From Oceanispirochaeta sp. (GTDB taxonomy: Bacteria > Spirochaetota > Spirochaetia > DSM-2461), in NCBI GenBank assembly GCA_963663385.2, contig CAXXXD010000004.1:96001-160000 (forward strand): a stretch of DNA of 64,000 nt. The letters are read 5' to 3'. A program made the translations under genes and the position numbers. Positions within the stretch are counted from its first letter, which is position 1; every line of letters begins with the position of its first letter. A model generated the notes under the pieces. That model saw nothing but the letters and a program-made list of their open reading frames with translations. It was not told where the DNA came from and searched no databases. Positions 27,491-38,344 of the stretch are shown piece after piece.

Positions 27491-30484
27491 ATGCCTCAGA
27501 AAATTACAGAAAGCCGTATGGAACGGCTGATAAAAGAGCTCTACGACCGCCGATACAGCGATGCGGTTCCCCTGGAAGTTACTGTCACGACTTCCGGAGA
27601 CCCTATTCCAGTGGACGAACTGGCCCATCGGGAGTTCAGGTCTCTCAAGCTGAATGAATCCTGGGGTCAGCTCTGGGACAGTGCCTGGTTCCGTATGAAA
27701 GGACGGATCCCCTCCTCCTGGGACGGGAAGGAGTTTGTGGCTCTGGTGGATATCGGAGGGGAGGGGTGTGTTTTCAAAGACGGTTCTCCCTGGTGCGGCA
27801 TTACCTATAAGAGAACTGATACCATGTTTGAACGGAAGAGACGGATCCCCCTTGAGGAACGTCCCGGTAAAGAGGTTCAACTGCTGATAGAGGGGGCCGC
27901 CAATGGACTGTTCGGCGAAAATGCCCCCTGGAATACGCCCTGGCCCTATTTCAGGCTGAATCAGGCACAGATTGCGGTGTTTAACAGGGATGTATGGAAT
28001 CTGGCCCTTGATCTGGATTTTCTCCTTCAGCTTTACCGCTGCCTGGATCCCCGGACTCCCAGGGCTAAAAAAATTCTAAAGGGGATGAACGATGTTGCCA
28101 ATCTGAATCCCCTGACAGAGCATATTCCCGAAGCTCTCGACATGACCGGCTCACTAATCAAGGTCCCCTCTGCCGCATCGGAGCTGACAGCCTGGTCTGT
28201 TGGGCACGGTCATCTGGATCTGGGCTGGCTCTGGCGTTTCAGGGAAACCAGGCGGAAAGGCGGCCGGACCCTGTCCACCGCTCTCAGATTGATGGATGAG
28301 TACCCCGATTATGTTTTCGGAGCTTCCCAGCCCCAGTTGTTCGAGTGGATAAAAGAGGATTATCCAGAGTTATTCAACCGGATGAAAACAGCTGTATCAG
28401 ACGGGCGGCTGGAGTGTCAGGGGGGTATGTGGGTGGAACCCGATATGAATCTGACCGGCGGGGAATCCCTGGTAAGACAGTGTCTCTACGGGAAAAAATT
28501 CTTCAGAGATGAATTTGATAAAGAAATCAACCACCTCTGGCTGCCCGATGTGTTCGGGTACTCGGCCTCCCTGCCCCAGATTCTGAAACAGGCGGAGATG
28601 GAGTATTTTGTTACTCAGAAAATATCCTGGAACGAAACCAATGAATTTCCCCATCATAGTTTTGAATGGGTGGGGATTGACGGAAGTTCCGTAATTACCC
28701 ATTTTCTGCCCACCAACGATTACAATTTTAATAACGAGCCCCGGCAGCTGACGGATGCGGCCCTTCGTTTTGCCCAGAGTGATATCCATGAAGGGTTTCT
28801 GAACCTGTTCGGAGTAGGGGACGGGGGCGGAGGCCCTTCCAGGCAGCATCTGGAATTTGCCCGGAGGGCGCGGAATTGTGAAGGACTGCCCAGGGTCCGG
28901 TTGGGCGCCGCCGGAGATTTCCTGGAGTATCTGGGATCTCAGGACAGGGAAGCTCTTCCCCGCTGGAAAGGAGAACTCTATCTGGAGCTCCACCGGGGGA
29001 CCTATACGACTCAGGCGGAAATGAAGAAACTGAACCGGCAGGTTGAACAGGCCCTGCGGGATGTCGAGCTTTTTGGCAGCCTGAGCCTGATCACAGGCGG
29101 AAAGGGCCTTTCCCGAAAGAGCATGGATAGAATATGGAAGGAAACTCTGCTTCATCAGTTTCATGATGTTCTGCCGGGCTCCTCCATCCGGGAGGTCTAT
29201 GAGGATGCCTGCGGAGCCGCCCGTAAAACCCTGGTTGAGCTGCAGGAAATGGAAGAGGCGCTGTTGAAAGAACTTCTGCCGGTTGAAGAGGCGGGCTGTA
29301 CGACACTGGTCAATACCCAGTCCTGGGAGCGGAAGGAAATTGTGGCAATTGAGGGAGTCGAGCATGCCGTATGCATCCCCGCTATGAGCGCAGTCCTATT
29401 AACAGAGTGTGTTATTCAGAATCAGCCGGAAAAGCCTGCCGGCCGGGATGGAGAGTCGGGTATCCTGCTGGCTAATGATCGGATTCAGGTCCGTATCGGT
29501 CTGGATGGTGCTGTTGAGTCCCTCATTCATAAAGAGACGGGGGCAGAGATGTTTCAGCCCGGAGGCGCAAAGTTTCTTCTTTATGAGGACAAGCCCTATT
29601 CCTGGGATGCCTGGGACATCAGCTCCTATTACAGGGAGACTGTTCCGGAACAGGCCGTTCTTGTTAGTCAATGCCTGAAGGACGGGGGAGATTTTTCAGT
29701 ACAGCTTGAACAGGAATTCTCTCTGTCGGACAGCCGGATATTTCAGACCCTTGAACTGAGGGCGGGAGAAGAGATGGTACGCAGCCGCTGCCGGGTAGAC
29801 TGGAAAGAGAAGGAAAAGATGCTTCGTCTGAGTGTTTCACCTGCTCTGCAGGCAGCCGAGGGATCCTATGAGATCCAGTACGGAACGGTCAAACGGCCGA
29901 CTCACTCCAATACAAGCTGGGATGCTGCGAAGTTTGAAGTCTGCGGGCATCGTTTTGCCGATTTATCCCAGCCCGATAGGGGGCTCGCCCTGATTAATGA
30001 CTGCAAGTACGGTCACCGCATACAGGACGGTGTGATGGAACTGACCCTTTTAAGGAGTCCGGGTTATCCCGATCCGCAGGCGGACAGGGGTGAGCAGATC
30101 TTCTCTTACGCCTGGCTGCCCCATACGGGTACCCTCGAGCAGAGCCGGGTCCTGCAGCGGGCTCATGATTTCAATTCACCCCTCAAGGTTGTCCCGGGAC
30201 GGAAACCGGAGGCGAAAGGGGTCCCCCGTTTCACCCTTGATACGGAACAGGTAAAGATCGAGGTGATAAAACCGGGCGATTCGGGTAACGGGTTGACCCT
30301 CAGGCTTTATGAGACCCGGGGGGCCGACTGCAGCTGCCGGTTTTTCTCCTCTGTCAAAACAGATACCGCAGCGGAGCTGAATCTGTTGGAGCGGAAAACC
30401 GGAGAACTGCCCATGGACCGGGAGGGGACCCTGAATCTGAAGTTCCGGCCTTTTGAGATAAAGACGATCGGATTGCGCTATTAA
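27491..30484 (+). CDS. Alpha-mannosidase (GH38)
   Basis: GHGHLDLGWLW, WLPDVFGYS, GDGGGGP, GELYLELHRGTYT, QFHDVLPGS; SD AAGGAG before ATG 27491. Confidence 0.93.
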   Translation: MPQKITESRMERLIKELYDRRYSDAVPLEVTVTTSGDPIPVDELAHREFRSLKLNESWGQLWDSAWFRMKGRIPSSWDGKEFVALVDIGGEGCVFKDGSPWCGITYKRTDTMFERKRRIPLEERPGKEVQLLIEGAANGLFGENAPWNTPWPYFRLNQAQIAVFNRDVWNLALDLDFLLQLYRCLDPRTPRAKKILKGMNDVANLNPLTEHIPEALDMTGSLIKVPSAASELTAWSVGHGHLDLGWLWRFRETRRKGGRTLSTALRLMDEYPDYVFGASQPQLFEWIKEDYPELFNRMKTAVSDGRLECQGGMWVEPDMNLTGGESLVRQCLYGKKFFRDEFDKEINHLWLPDVFGYSASLPQILKQAEMEYFVTQKISWNETNEFPHHSFEWVGIDGSSVITHFLPTNDYNFNNEPRQLTDAALRFAQSDIHEGFLNLFGVGDGGGGPSRQHLEFARRARNCEGLPRVRLGAAGDFLEYLGSQDREALPRWKGELYLELHRGTYTTQAEMKKLNRQVEQALRDVELFGSLSLITGGKGLSRKSMDRIWKETLLHQFHDVLPGSSIREVYEDACGAARKTLVELQEMEEALLKELLPVEEAGCTTLVNTQSWERKEIVAIEGVEHAVCIPAMSAVLLTECVIQNQPEKPAGRDGESGILLANDRIQVRIGLDGAVESLIHKETGAEMFQPGGAKFLLYEDKPYSWDAWDISSYYRETVPEQAVLVSQCLKDGGDFSVQLEQEFSLSDSRIFQTLELRAGEEMVRSRCRVDWKEKEKMLRLSVSPALQAAEGSYEIQYGTVKRPTHSNTSWDAAKFEVCGHRFADLSQPDRGLALINDCKYGHRIQDGVMELTLLRSPGYPDPQADRGEQIFSYAWLPHTGTLEQSRVLQRAHDFNSPLKVVPGRKPEAKGVPRFTLDTEQVKIEVIKPGDSGNGLTLRLYETRGADCSCRFFSSVKTDTAAELNLLERKTGELPMDREGTLNLKFRPFEIKTIGLRY

Positions 30485-30703
30485 AGGTTCCTGATCAATT
30501 ACCTGTTTCCCATAGGACTGCGAAGTATCAGCAGTCCTTTGGGAGGCGTTTTCAGGAAGAGAGCCTTTCTCTCCATAACAGGGTATAAGAACCCATGCCA
30601 TTTCCAGCGGATCCGTATTATACGCCGAAGGGATAAACCACTCCCCTGCTATTTCTTTTTGATACGTCCGGATCTTCCGGTTATGCTTAAGGAAGGGGGT
30701 TCC

Positions 30704-30871
30704 GTGAGAGGTGATGACCTCATAGCCGCAATCGTACTTGTCGCGGCCTATTCAGTGACCTGGATTCTCTTTTTCAGGTCCCTTAAAGTCATCAGGATTA
30801 TTCAGAAAGAAAAACTGACCAGCCTGGATCAAATCAAAGAACGCCTCCTGAAAAGGAAGAAACCCAAATGA
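30704..30871 (+). CDS. Small single-TM membrane protein (55 aa)
   Basis: GTG at 30704 after AAGGAAGGGG; MRGDDLIAAIVLVAAYSVTWILFFRSL...; stop overlaps the next ATG (ATGA). Confidence 0.55.
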   Translation: MRGDDLIAAIVLVAAYSVTWILFFRSLKVIRIIQKEKLTSLDQIKERLLKRKKPK

Positions 30872-33123
30872 ACCGGGAAATACGACCGGAACTGTCCCGG
30901 GAGATGTCCCTTTTCCAGATTACAATGATGGGCGTGGGGATGATGATCGGAGCAGGTGTATTTGTCGCAACGGGAATAGGCATCGGAATAGCCGGTCCCG
31001 GGGGGATGATGCTCGCCTTTGCATTAAATGGGCTGCTGGCTTTACTCTCTGTTATGACATATGCGGAGCTCGGATCCGCTCTACCCAAAGCAGGCGGGGG
31101 ATACAGCTATGTCCAGGAAAGTTCCGGAGGGCTGACGGGATTCCTTACCGGCTGGATCTCCTGGTTCGGCCACGCCGTTGCGGGGAGCCTTTATGCCATA
31201 ACCTTTGCCAAATACACTCTCCACTTTCTGATTGAGCTGAATGTCATCACTATCGCAAAGAGCCATTTAGACCTCTATGAAAGAACCGTCGCCATACTGC
31301 TTGCCCTGATTTTTCTTTATATCAATTACAGAGGGGCCAGAGAAACCGGAAAGGCAGGCGCTGCAATCGCCATTGGTCAGACTGTCGTCCTGCTGCTCAT
31401 CGGTGTCGGAGGAGTCATCTTCTCTTTTTTCAGACCCGATAGGTTGTCAAATATGGATCCCTTTCTCATTGACGGATGGGGAAGGGTATTTATTGTTATG
31501 GGTTTCAGCCTGATCGGTTTCGAAGGATATGAAGTAATTTCCAATACGGCAGAGGAAGTGATTGATGCCCGGAAAAATGTCCCGAAGGGAATCTTTCTGG
31601 CCGTTATCATTGTCGTGACCACATACCTTTTAGTGGCATTTGCTGTTATTATGGGAGGATCAGTACAGGATGACTCTCTTGCCCTCTGGTTCTCAGGCAG
31701 AGGCGCAACCGGGTTTGCCGATGCCATAGCCAATATCCTGCCCATGGGCGGATTAGTGGCTGCTCTGGCGGCCATCTTTGCCAGTACTTCTGCCTTGAAT
31801 GCAACAATCTATTCTTCAACCCGTGTCTCATTCGCCCTGGGACGGGACGGCCACCTGCCTTCAGTTTTTGAACATATCTCCGAAAAGACGCGCATTCCCG
31901 ATGTCGCTCTTCTTTTTTCCGGTAGTATAACCATTCTGGTTGCAGCCCTTTTTGATGTGGAAACCGTTATGGCTGGAGCCAGTCTCTTTTTTATTTTCCT
32001 CTTTAACATGGTTACGTATTCGGGGATGAAAATCCGGATTCAAAGAGGGCATGAACTGGAATACGGTTTTATTATCCCCTTTTTTCCGGTTATACCTGTG
32101 ATTTCCATTGCGGGAAGAACTATAATCGGTCTTTTTCTGCTGAATATGTCCCTTAGGGCTTATTTAATAGCTGTAATCTGGCTTTTTCTCGGATTTCTGT
32201 ACTACTTCATCAGACCTGCCGGGGAATTAAGGGCTCAAGCTCAGAGAGAACAGAAATATGGAGAACCGGAGGAGGATCAAGAGGGCCGGCGCCAGGTTCT
32301 GGTTGCCCTGTCCAACAGAGAGACTGCTCCCGTACTTCTGCACTTTGCTTCAATTTTTGCCTCATCAAATAATCTGGGACTGACTCTGTCAACAATCGTT
32401 ACGGTTCCCTGTCAGACTCCGATAAATGAAGCCTCCCGTTTTAAAGAAAAAGCGGAAGAATTATTGATGAGTAATTTCAGGGAACTGAATAATAATATCC
32501 CGGTTAAGCGCCGTCTCCGCTATGCCCATAATTCTGCGGAAGGAATCATTCAGTCGATCCGTTCCAATAATGCGGAAATCCTGGTAATGGGATGGAGCGG
32601 ATCCCGACCCCGTAGAAACTTCCGGATGGGCAGCACCCTTGATCCTGTCATAGAGAAAGGCAGCTGTAATCTTGTTGTGATTAAACCGGGAATCAATAAA
32701 CAGATCCATGAAATAAAGAAAATCCTTTGTCCGACTAAAGGAAATGGTATTCACACAAAACTGGCCTGGGATATAGTACGGAGTATTGCTGCTGAATCGG
32801 ATGCGGATATAACGATATTCCATGTTACCCCTCCTGATAAATCAGGGGGGATCCCTGATCTATTGAAAAATGATCTGTATGCTGAACACGACAAAACCCG
32901 GTATAAGGTGAAATTCTATCAAAGCAGAAATCCTGTAGACAGAATTTGCCGGGAAGCCGGGGATTATGATCTTGTCGTCATCGGTGCTTCAGAAACATCT
33001 CTTTTTCAGAGGATTCTCTTTGGATTGAAGCCAAGGAAGATTGCCGAGGGATGCACCTGTCCCGTTATTATGGTACGGAAAAACAGCGGTATCCGCTCCT
33101 GGTTCAAACGGTGGTTCACCTGA
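30868..33123 (+). CDS. APC-family amino acid permease fused to C-terminal universal stress protein-like domains
   Basis: GMMIGAGVF, YAELGSALPKAGGGYSY, GFEG; C-terminal ILVMGWSG...GSTLDPV and DLVVIGAS...CPVIMVR. Confidence 0.88.
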   Translation: MNREIRPELSREMSLFQITMMGVGMMIGAGVFVATGIGIGIAGPGGMMLAFALNGLLALLSVMTYAELGSALPKAGGGYSYVQESSGGLTGFLTGWISWFGHAVAGSLYAITFAKYTLHFLIELNVITIAKSHLDLYERTVAILLALIFLYINYRGARETGKAGAAIAIGQTVVLLLIGVGGVIFSFFRPDRLSNMDPFLIDGWGRVFIVMGFSLIGFEGYEVISNTAEEVIDARKNVPKGIFLAVIIVVTTYLLVAFAVIMGGSVQDDSLALWFSGRGATGFADAIANILPMGGLVAALAAIFASTSALNATIYSSTRVSFALGRDGHLPSVFEHISEKTRIPDVALLFSGSITILVAALFDVETVMAGASLFFIFLFNMVTYSGMKIRIQRGHELEYGFIIPFFPVIPVISIAGRTIIGLFLLNMSLRAYLIAVIWLFLGFLYYFIRPAGELRAQAQREQKYGEPEEDQEGRRQVLVALSNRETAPVLLHFASIFASSNNLGLTLSTIVTVPCQTPINEASRFKEKAEELLMSNFRELNNNIPVKRRLRYAHNSAEGIIQSIRSNNAEILVMGWSGSRPRRNFRMGSTLDPVIEKGSCNLVVIKPGINKQIHEIKKILCPTKGNGIHTKLAWDIVRSIAAESDADITIFHVTPPDKSGGIPDLLKNDLYAEHDKTRYKVKFYQSRNPVDRICREAGDYDLVVIGASETSLFQRILFGLKPRKIAEGCTCPVIMVRKNSGIRSWFKRWFT

Positions 33124-33935
33124 TTAAACTTCTCTTTCTGTGGTTTCCCAAAGAAGCCAATTTCAATTATTTCTTCTTTATTGTAGCCCCTATCTCATTC
33201 TTCATTTTTGATATTGATCACAAATTCGAGCGTATGGCCCTGATCCTCACGAATCTGATCGCCATTATACTCCTCCTCTCAAGCGAACTTGTAACCCTTG
33301 TGCCTCCCTTTGTAACCCTGTCTTCCAGACTGATAAAACTCTTCTCCATCCTGTCCCTTGCTTCAACGGTAGGCTCAATAATCATTGTGTTCTATTTCTA
33401 TGCAAAAAATCTATCTTTAATAACCAGCGAATTAAAAATCCTTGCGGATACCGATGTCCTTACCAAGGTGCTTAACAGAAGATCCTTTGAGAAAGAAGGT
33501 CATATGCTTTTTGAGTTCTCAGGGAAATATGGAAAGATGTTCGCCTTCATTATTCTTGATGTTGATTATTTTAAGAAGATCAATGATACATACGGACACC
33601 CTGCGGGAGATGCGGTGCTGGTACAGCTTTCGGAAGTGCTGTCTTCAAACATCAGGCAGAATGATATCCTTGCCCGATACGGGGGAGAAGAGTTTGCCCT
33701 ACTGCTGAAGGGATACAATCCGGAAGGTCTCTATAGAGCCGCGGAGCACCTTAGAGGGGCTGTCGAAAATCATGCATTCATTATTCCAGAGGAAAAAACT
33801 GTCAGAATTACAATCAGCCTCGGGGTAGTCACCTTCTCGGAAAAATACGAGAGCTTCGAACAGATGATAAAAGTCGCTGACAGGGCTCTCTACAGGGCAA
33901 AAGAGGACGGCCGAAACAGGTCGGTCACTGGTTGA
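33121..33935 (+). CDS. Membrane-associated diguanylate cyclase (GGDEF), N-terminus uncertain or truncated
   Basis: TDVLTKVLNRR, LDVDYFKKINDTYGHPAGD, ARYGGEEF, ADRALYRAK..GRN; start not resolved. Confidence 0.8.
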
Positions 33936-34119
33936 TCTTACGCAGCAGTCCCTGATGCCCCGGTCGGCATTTTAATTTTTTCCTTGACCCCTCCTCCTGC
34001 GGAAGATATCATTTCTGTGGAAAGTAATCGCAGGTTTTCCGGATTATTGCCTGTTTTCCTACGAAATGCGATCTCCGTCTGCAACAAACTTCGGAAAACC
34101 TTCAAATGGAGGAAATTAA

Positions 34120-35457
34120 ATGAATGCTTTTTTCAAGTGGTATGTGAAGACCTCTCTGCTGCTGCGTATCCTGGTCTGTTTTATTGCCGGTGCGCTTATA
34201 GGCGGTGTCCTCTGGGGTATCTCCAGCGCCACCGTAGGGGAAGGGGCAATTAATCCGGGCGTACAGACAGCCATCAACTATATCGCCCCCTTCGGTACGG
34301 TCTTCGTCGCCATGCTGAAAATGATTGTGATCCCCGTTATCTTTTTCTCTCTGGTTACCGGTGCGGCCAGTCTTCCCATCAGCCGATTCGGCAAGATCGG
34401 TGTTAAGGTTCTCGCCTGGTATTTTCTGACCTCTCTGGCCGCCGCCATTGTTGGTGTTATACTGGCCCTGGCCATCAACCCCGGAGCGGGAACTGGTTTG
34501 AGCGGCTGGGAATCCATGGCTGCCGGTGTGGCTTCTACCGCCGAAGGCGTTGTGGGAGGAGCCAAGTCAGGGGGCGCTGCCTTCAGTGCTCTGCTTATGT
34601 CCATGTTCGAGAATCCCTTCGCTGCTCTGGCCGACGGCCACTTCCTGGCTATCATTGTCTTTGCCGTTTTCTTCGGTCTGGCTATCCGGGTGATGATTGA
34701 GGCGGGAGATGAGAAACAGGGTGCCCGCTTTGAAAGCCTTCTGGATATAATCGATACAGGCAAGGATGTAATTTTCAAGCTGGTAAGCTGGGTTCTGGAA
34801 TACTCACCCATCGGTGTGCTGGCTCTGACTATTAAAAACTTTGGAGAGTTCGGTCCCATTCTGATCGGTCCTTATGTTACCGTTACAGCCGGTGTCGTGG
34901 GAGGTATCCTGATTATGGTTCTGGTGGTCTACCCTGTTTTCCTGGGGCTCTCCACAAAAAAGAATCCCATCAAGGTCATGCGCCGTATGCAGGAGGCTAC
35001 CCTGACAGCCTTTATCACACGTTCTTCTGCAGCCACACTGCCTGTGAGCCTTTCGGTAGCTGAGAAAGACCTCAGGATCAAGAACGAACTGGCTTCCTTC
35101 TCTCTGCCGCTGGGAGCCACCATTAATATGGACGGTGTCTGCGTGCACCTGCCTATGTTCGCCGTTCTCGCAGCCAATATGTTTGGTATCGATCTGTCCT
35201 TCAACAGTCTGCTGCTGATGGTGATTACCACTGTGCTGGCCTCTGTTGGTGCCGGAGGTGTTCCCGGCGGTTCCCTGATGCTTCTTTTTATCATCCTGGA
35301 GCAGATAGGCCTGTCTCCCGATCAGGTAGCCACCGTCGTTGCTCTGGCTCTGGGGATCAACCCCATTCTGGATATGTTCGAAACAGCCAATAATGTGACA
35401 GGAGACCTGGTGTGTACCTATGCCGTAGCCTCCCGTGAGTCCATGGTTGAGGAATAG
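34120..35457 (+). CDS. Dicarboxylate/amino acid:cation symporter (DAACS)
   Basis: TRSSAATLP, LPLGATINMDG, DMFETANNVTGD. Confidence 0.92.
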   Translation: MNAFFKWYVKTSLLLRILVCFIAGALIGGVLWGISSATVGEGAINPGVQTAINYIAPFGTVFVAMLKMIVIPVIFFSLVTGAASLPISRFGKIGVKVLAWYFLTSLAAAIVGVILALAINPGAGTGLSGWESMAAGVASTAEGVVGGAKSGGAAFSALLMSMFENPFAALADGHFLAIIVFAVFFGLAIRVMIEAGDEKQGARFESLLDIIDTGKDVIFKLVSWVLEYSPIGVLALTIKNFGEFGPILIGPYVTVTAGVVGGILIMVLVVYPVFLGLSTKKNPIKVMRRMQEATLTAFITRSSAATLPVSLSVAEKDLRIKNELASFSLPLGATINMDGVCVHLPMFAVLAANMFGIDLSFNSLLLMVITTVLASVGAGGVPGGSLMLLFIILEQIGLSPDQVATVVALALGINPILDMFETANNVTGDLVCTYAVASRESMVEE

Positions 35458-35534
35458 AAAGATCTGCCGGTTTCCACTTATGGGGGGGCCGGGCAGCTTT
35501 CACTTTGTTATTTACGATTGGGACCCGGCGCGTG

Positions 35535-38240
35535 TCAGATGACTTTAGACACAGCAATACTCAGGGATGATCTGTCATATGGTTTTTTTATGAAACCGGC
35601 CAGTCCCATATTTTTGATTTCATCTGTTTCAATATCTGTATACCCGGATGCCATAATCACTTTTACATCCGGGTTGAGTCTCTTCAATTCACCTAAACAC
35701 TCTTTTCCGTTCATTACCGGCATGATCATGTCCATTAATACAAGATCAATTTTTTCCTGTTCTGATTTATATATTTCTATACCCTTCTGACCGTCTTCTG
35801 CCAGAAGTGCTGTATAGCCCAGTTTTTCCAGTATGGCTTTTGTTGTCTTCCTGATTATCTGGTTATCTTCTATTACCAGAATTTGTCCTGTTCCGCCTAT
35901 ATGCTGAATCCCTTTCTCATTTTCCTGTGACGGCCCTTTATAGAGAGGAAGAAACAGAGTGAATGTTGTTCCCTTCTGTAATACGCTATCTACAGAAACC
36001 GCTCCCCGGTGGTGTTTTACGGCGCCATAAACCACAGACAAGCCGAGTCCTGTTCCGGCGCCCTGGTCTTTTGTCGTGAAAAAAGGTTCAAATATGCGTT
36101 CCATATGATCCTGGTCAATTCCTGTTCCGGAATCCCGGACTTCGATCCTGATATACTGGCCCGGCAATATTTCAAAAGAACTCTCCCTGCAGAACTCTTC
36201 TGACAGTACTACGTTCCTGCTGGCGAAAATCAGTTCTCCGCCGTTGGGCATGGCATGCTCCGCATTGATACCAAGGTTTATAAAAACATTTTGCAGCTGC
36301 ACAAAGTCTCCAAGTACTACTGCAGATTCCGCTTTCAGGGAATTCAGTATCCTGACTTTTTTATCCAGACTGTGCTCCAGGAGGGTAATGGCGCTGTTTA
36401 AGGCGGAGTGAACATCAACAGGAACGGATTCCTTAACGCCTTTTCTTGAAAACAACAATAATTTATTTGTGAGTTCCGCTGCGTTTCTGGTCGAATTGAT
36501 GATCATATTAAGGTAATTCTCTGCTTGCTCCGGGTCGTCCAGGGACATTTTCATCAGTTCGGAACTGCCCAGAATCCCTCCCAGCATATTGTTGAAATCA
36601 TGAGCTACTCCACCAGCCAGCTGACCTATGGCATCAAGCTTCTGACTCTGTCTCAGCGATTCTTCCATTACAACCCTGTCGGTGACGTCATCGATCCGGA
36701 TAACAGCCCCTTCAACACCATTTGCAATTAAAGGATATACCGTTACATCGTCAAAAAAGGTTTTGTTGGAAACAATCCGCATGCGATTTGTTTCATGGCG
36801 TTCCGTTCTGGTCTTCAGGGCTTTATTGATGTTCTCCATCTCATCAGCCAACAGGGGGACGGCATCGCAGATTCTCTTTCCTATAGCTTGCTCCCTTCCC
36901 AGTCCTGTCAGGGTTTCGGCCTTATTGTTCCAATGGGTAATGATACCTTCCGGGGTGACTCCAATCAGGACCGATGGCATGGAATTTATGATATTATCAA
37001 TATAATTGTGGGCTTTTCTTAATTGAACAGTTCTTTCGGTGACAATCTCTTCTAATCTGTCTTTTGTACTCTGGAGGGATAGATTGGTTTCATTCAGCTC
37101 CTCGACTGTCTGTTCAAGTTCTTCATTTGTTCTCTTCAGTTCCATCGTCCTGTCTTCGACAATCCGTTCCAGCTCCTCCCGATTTTTATTCAGTTCCTTT
37201 ACCATGGAATTGATGGAGCCCGACAGTATCCCTATCTCAGAGCTGTCATCGATTACTGTGCAGATAGTCGTATCTCCCTCCTGGATCTCCCTGGTCTTTT
37301 CTGTAAGGATTTCAACAGGACGGACTACGGAATGGACAGCATGGTAGAGTATGATTGAACCCAGAAGCAGGCCGACAAGCAGTATGGTGAAATTGGTCAG
37401 AGTAAGAGTCCTGACTTCTCTTGTAATATCCTGATAGCTGCCCAGAACAGCCAGGGACCAGTTGCTGGACGGGATAGGAGAAAACGAAATGTACTTCCTG
37501 CTTTCTCTGTCGGAATAACTGGCGAATCCTGTCTTCTGATCAACCATTGAGTTCGATAGATCATCAAGAGGTTTCAGTGGTTCGAGAGCGTCCAGTCCCC
37601 AGGAAAGGATAAGTGACGGATCTTTGTGAAACAGGAATCTCCCCTGATTATCCAGGATAAACAGAGACCCCGATTCGCCTACTTTAACAGTACTGATGCT
37701 TTTAAACAGTTCCTCCAGAGGGAGAACCATGCCGACCAGACCTTCCATTACCGGTTCCTGATGTTTAACGTATCTAATCAGAACAGGGGAGTAGAAGATG
37801 ACCGACATCTGACCATAAAAAGTTTCCGGTGTTCCTAATACGGGACTCATATGGACAGATGCTTTTTTCCATGATTGCAGGGAGTGGAGGTCGGATCCGA
37901 TAAATGCTTTCCTGTAGGGAGCCATATCCCGTACAATGCCATTTGTCTGAGTGTAGAATATATGGGAGAACTCAGGATATCTGCTCTTATATTCCTTCAG
38001 AATGCTTTCTATATTAATGGCTGTAACGACGGCGCTGCTCAGGTTCTGAGCGGTATTCAAATACTGGCTTATTGTTCCGTCCAGCTGTTCGGAATAGGTT
38101 CGGCTTAATAATAGAGCCTGTTCCTGCGCCTGCTTTCTAAGAGATGAGGCTGTATATATACCTGAAACGCTTGCTGTAATGCTATGTACAAGAATATAAA
38201 TGGGTAAAATAGCAATCATCAAACGGATTTGAATCTTCAA
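35535..38240 (-). CDS. Hybrid sensor histidine kinase (Cache-HAMP-PAS-HisKA-HATPase-REC)
   Basis: GQLAGGVAHDFNNML, FEPFFTTK..GTGLGL, DLVLMDMIMP. Confidence 0.92.
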   Translation of the reverse strand: MKIQIRLMIAILPIYILVHSITASVSGIYTASSLRKQAQEQALLLSRTYSEQLDGTISQYLNTAQNLSSAVVTAINIESILKEYKSRYPEFSHIFYTQTNGIVRDMAPYRKAFIGSDLHSLQSWKKASVHMSPVLGTPETFYGQMSVIFYSPVLIRYVKHQEPVMEGLVGMVLPLEELFKSISTVKVGESGSLFILDNQGRFLFHKDPSLILSWGLDALEPLKPLDDLSNSMVDQKTGFASYSDRESRKYISFSPIPSSNWSLAVLGSYQDITREVRTLTLTNFTILLVGLLLGSIILYHAVHSVVRPVEILTEKTREIQEGDTTICTVIDDSSEIGILSGSINSMVKELNKNREELERIVEDRTMELKRTNEELEQTVEELNETNLSLQSTKDRLEEIVTERTVQLRKAHNYIDNIINSMPSVLIGVTPEGIITHWNNKAETLTGLGREQAIGKRICDAVPLLADEMENINKALKTRTERHETNRMRIVSNKTFFDDVTVYPLIANGVEGAVIRIDDVTDRVVMEESLRQSQKLDAIGQLAGGVAHDFNNMLGGILGSSELMKMSLDDPEQAENYLNMIINSTRNAAELTNKLLLFSRKGVKESVPVDVHSALNSAITLLEHSLDKKVRILNSLKAESAVVLGDFVQLQNVFINLGINAEHAMPNGGELIFASRNVVLSEEFCRESSFEILPGQYIRIEVRDSGTGIDQDHMERIFEPFFTTKDQGAGTGLGLSVVYGAVKHHRGAVSVDSVLQKGTTFTLFLPLYKGPSQENEKGIQHIGGTGQILVIEDNQIIRKTTKAILEKLGYTALLAEDGQKGIEIYKSEQEKIDLVLMDMIMPVMNGKECLGELKRLNPDVKVIMASGYTDIETDEIKNMGLAGFIKKPYDRSSLSIAVSKVI

Positions 38241-38344
38241 TATCTGTATCCTGTTCTCTGCATAAAAAATAATGCAAAGTTTTTATCCGCTTATTATAAT
38301 ATAAAAAACAATGTAATGAAATATTCATTACCGTTCTGTACAGA

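Noticed and set aside
28397..29365. Long antisense ORFs (this 322-aa one and others such as 17828-18586, 40490-41257 and 43891-44589)
   Set aside because: Shadow frames opposite clearly identified genes
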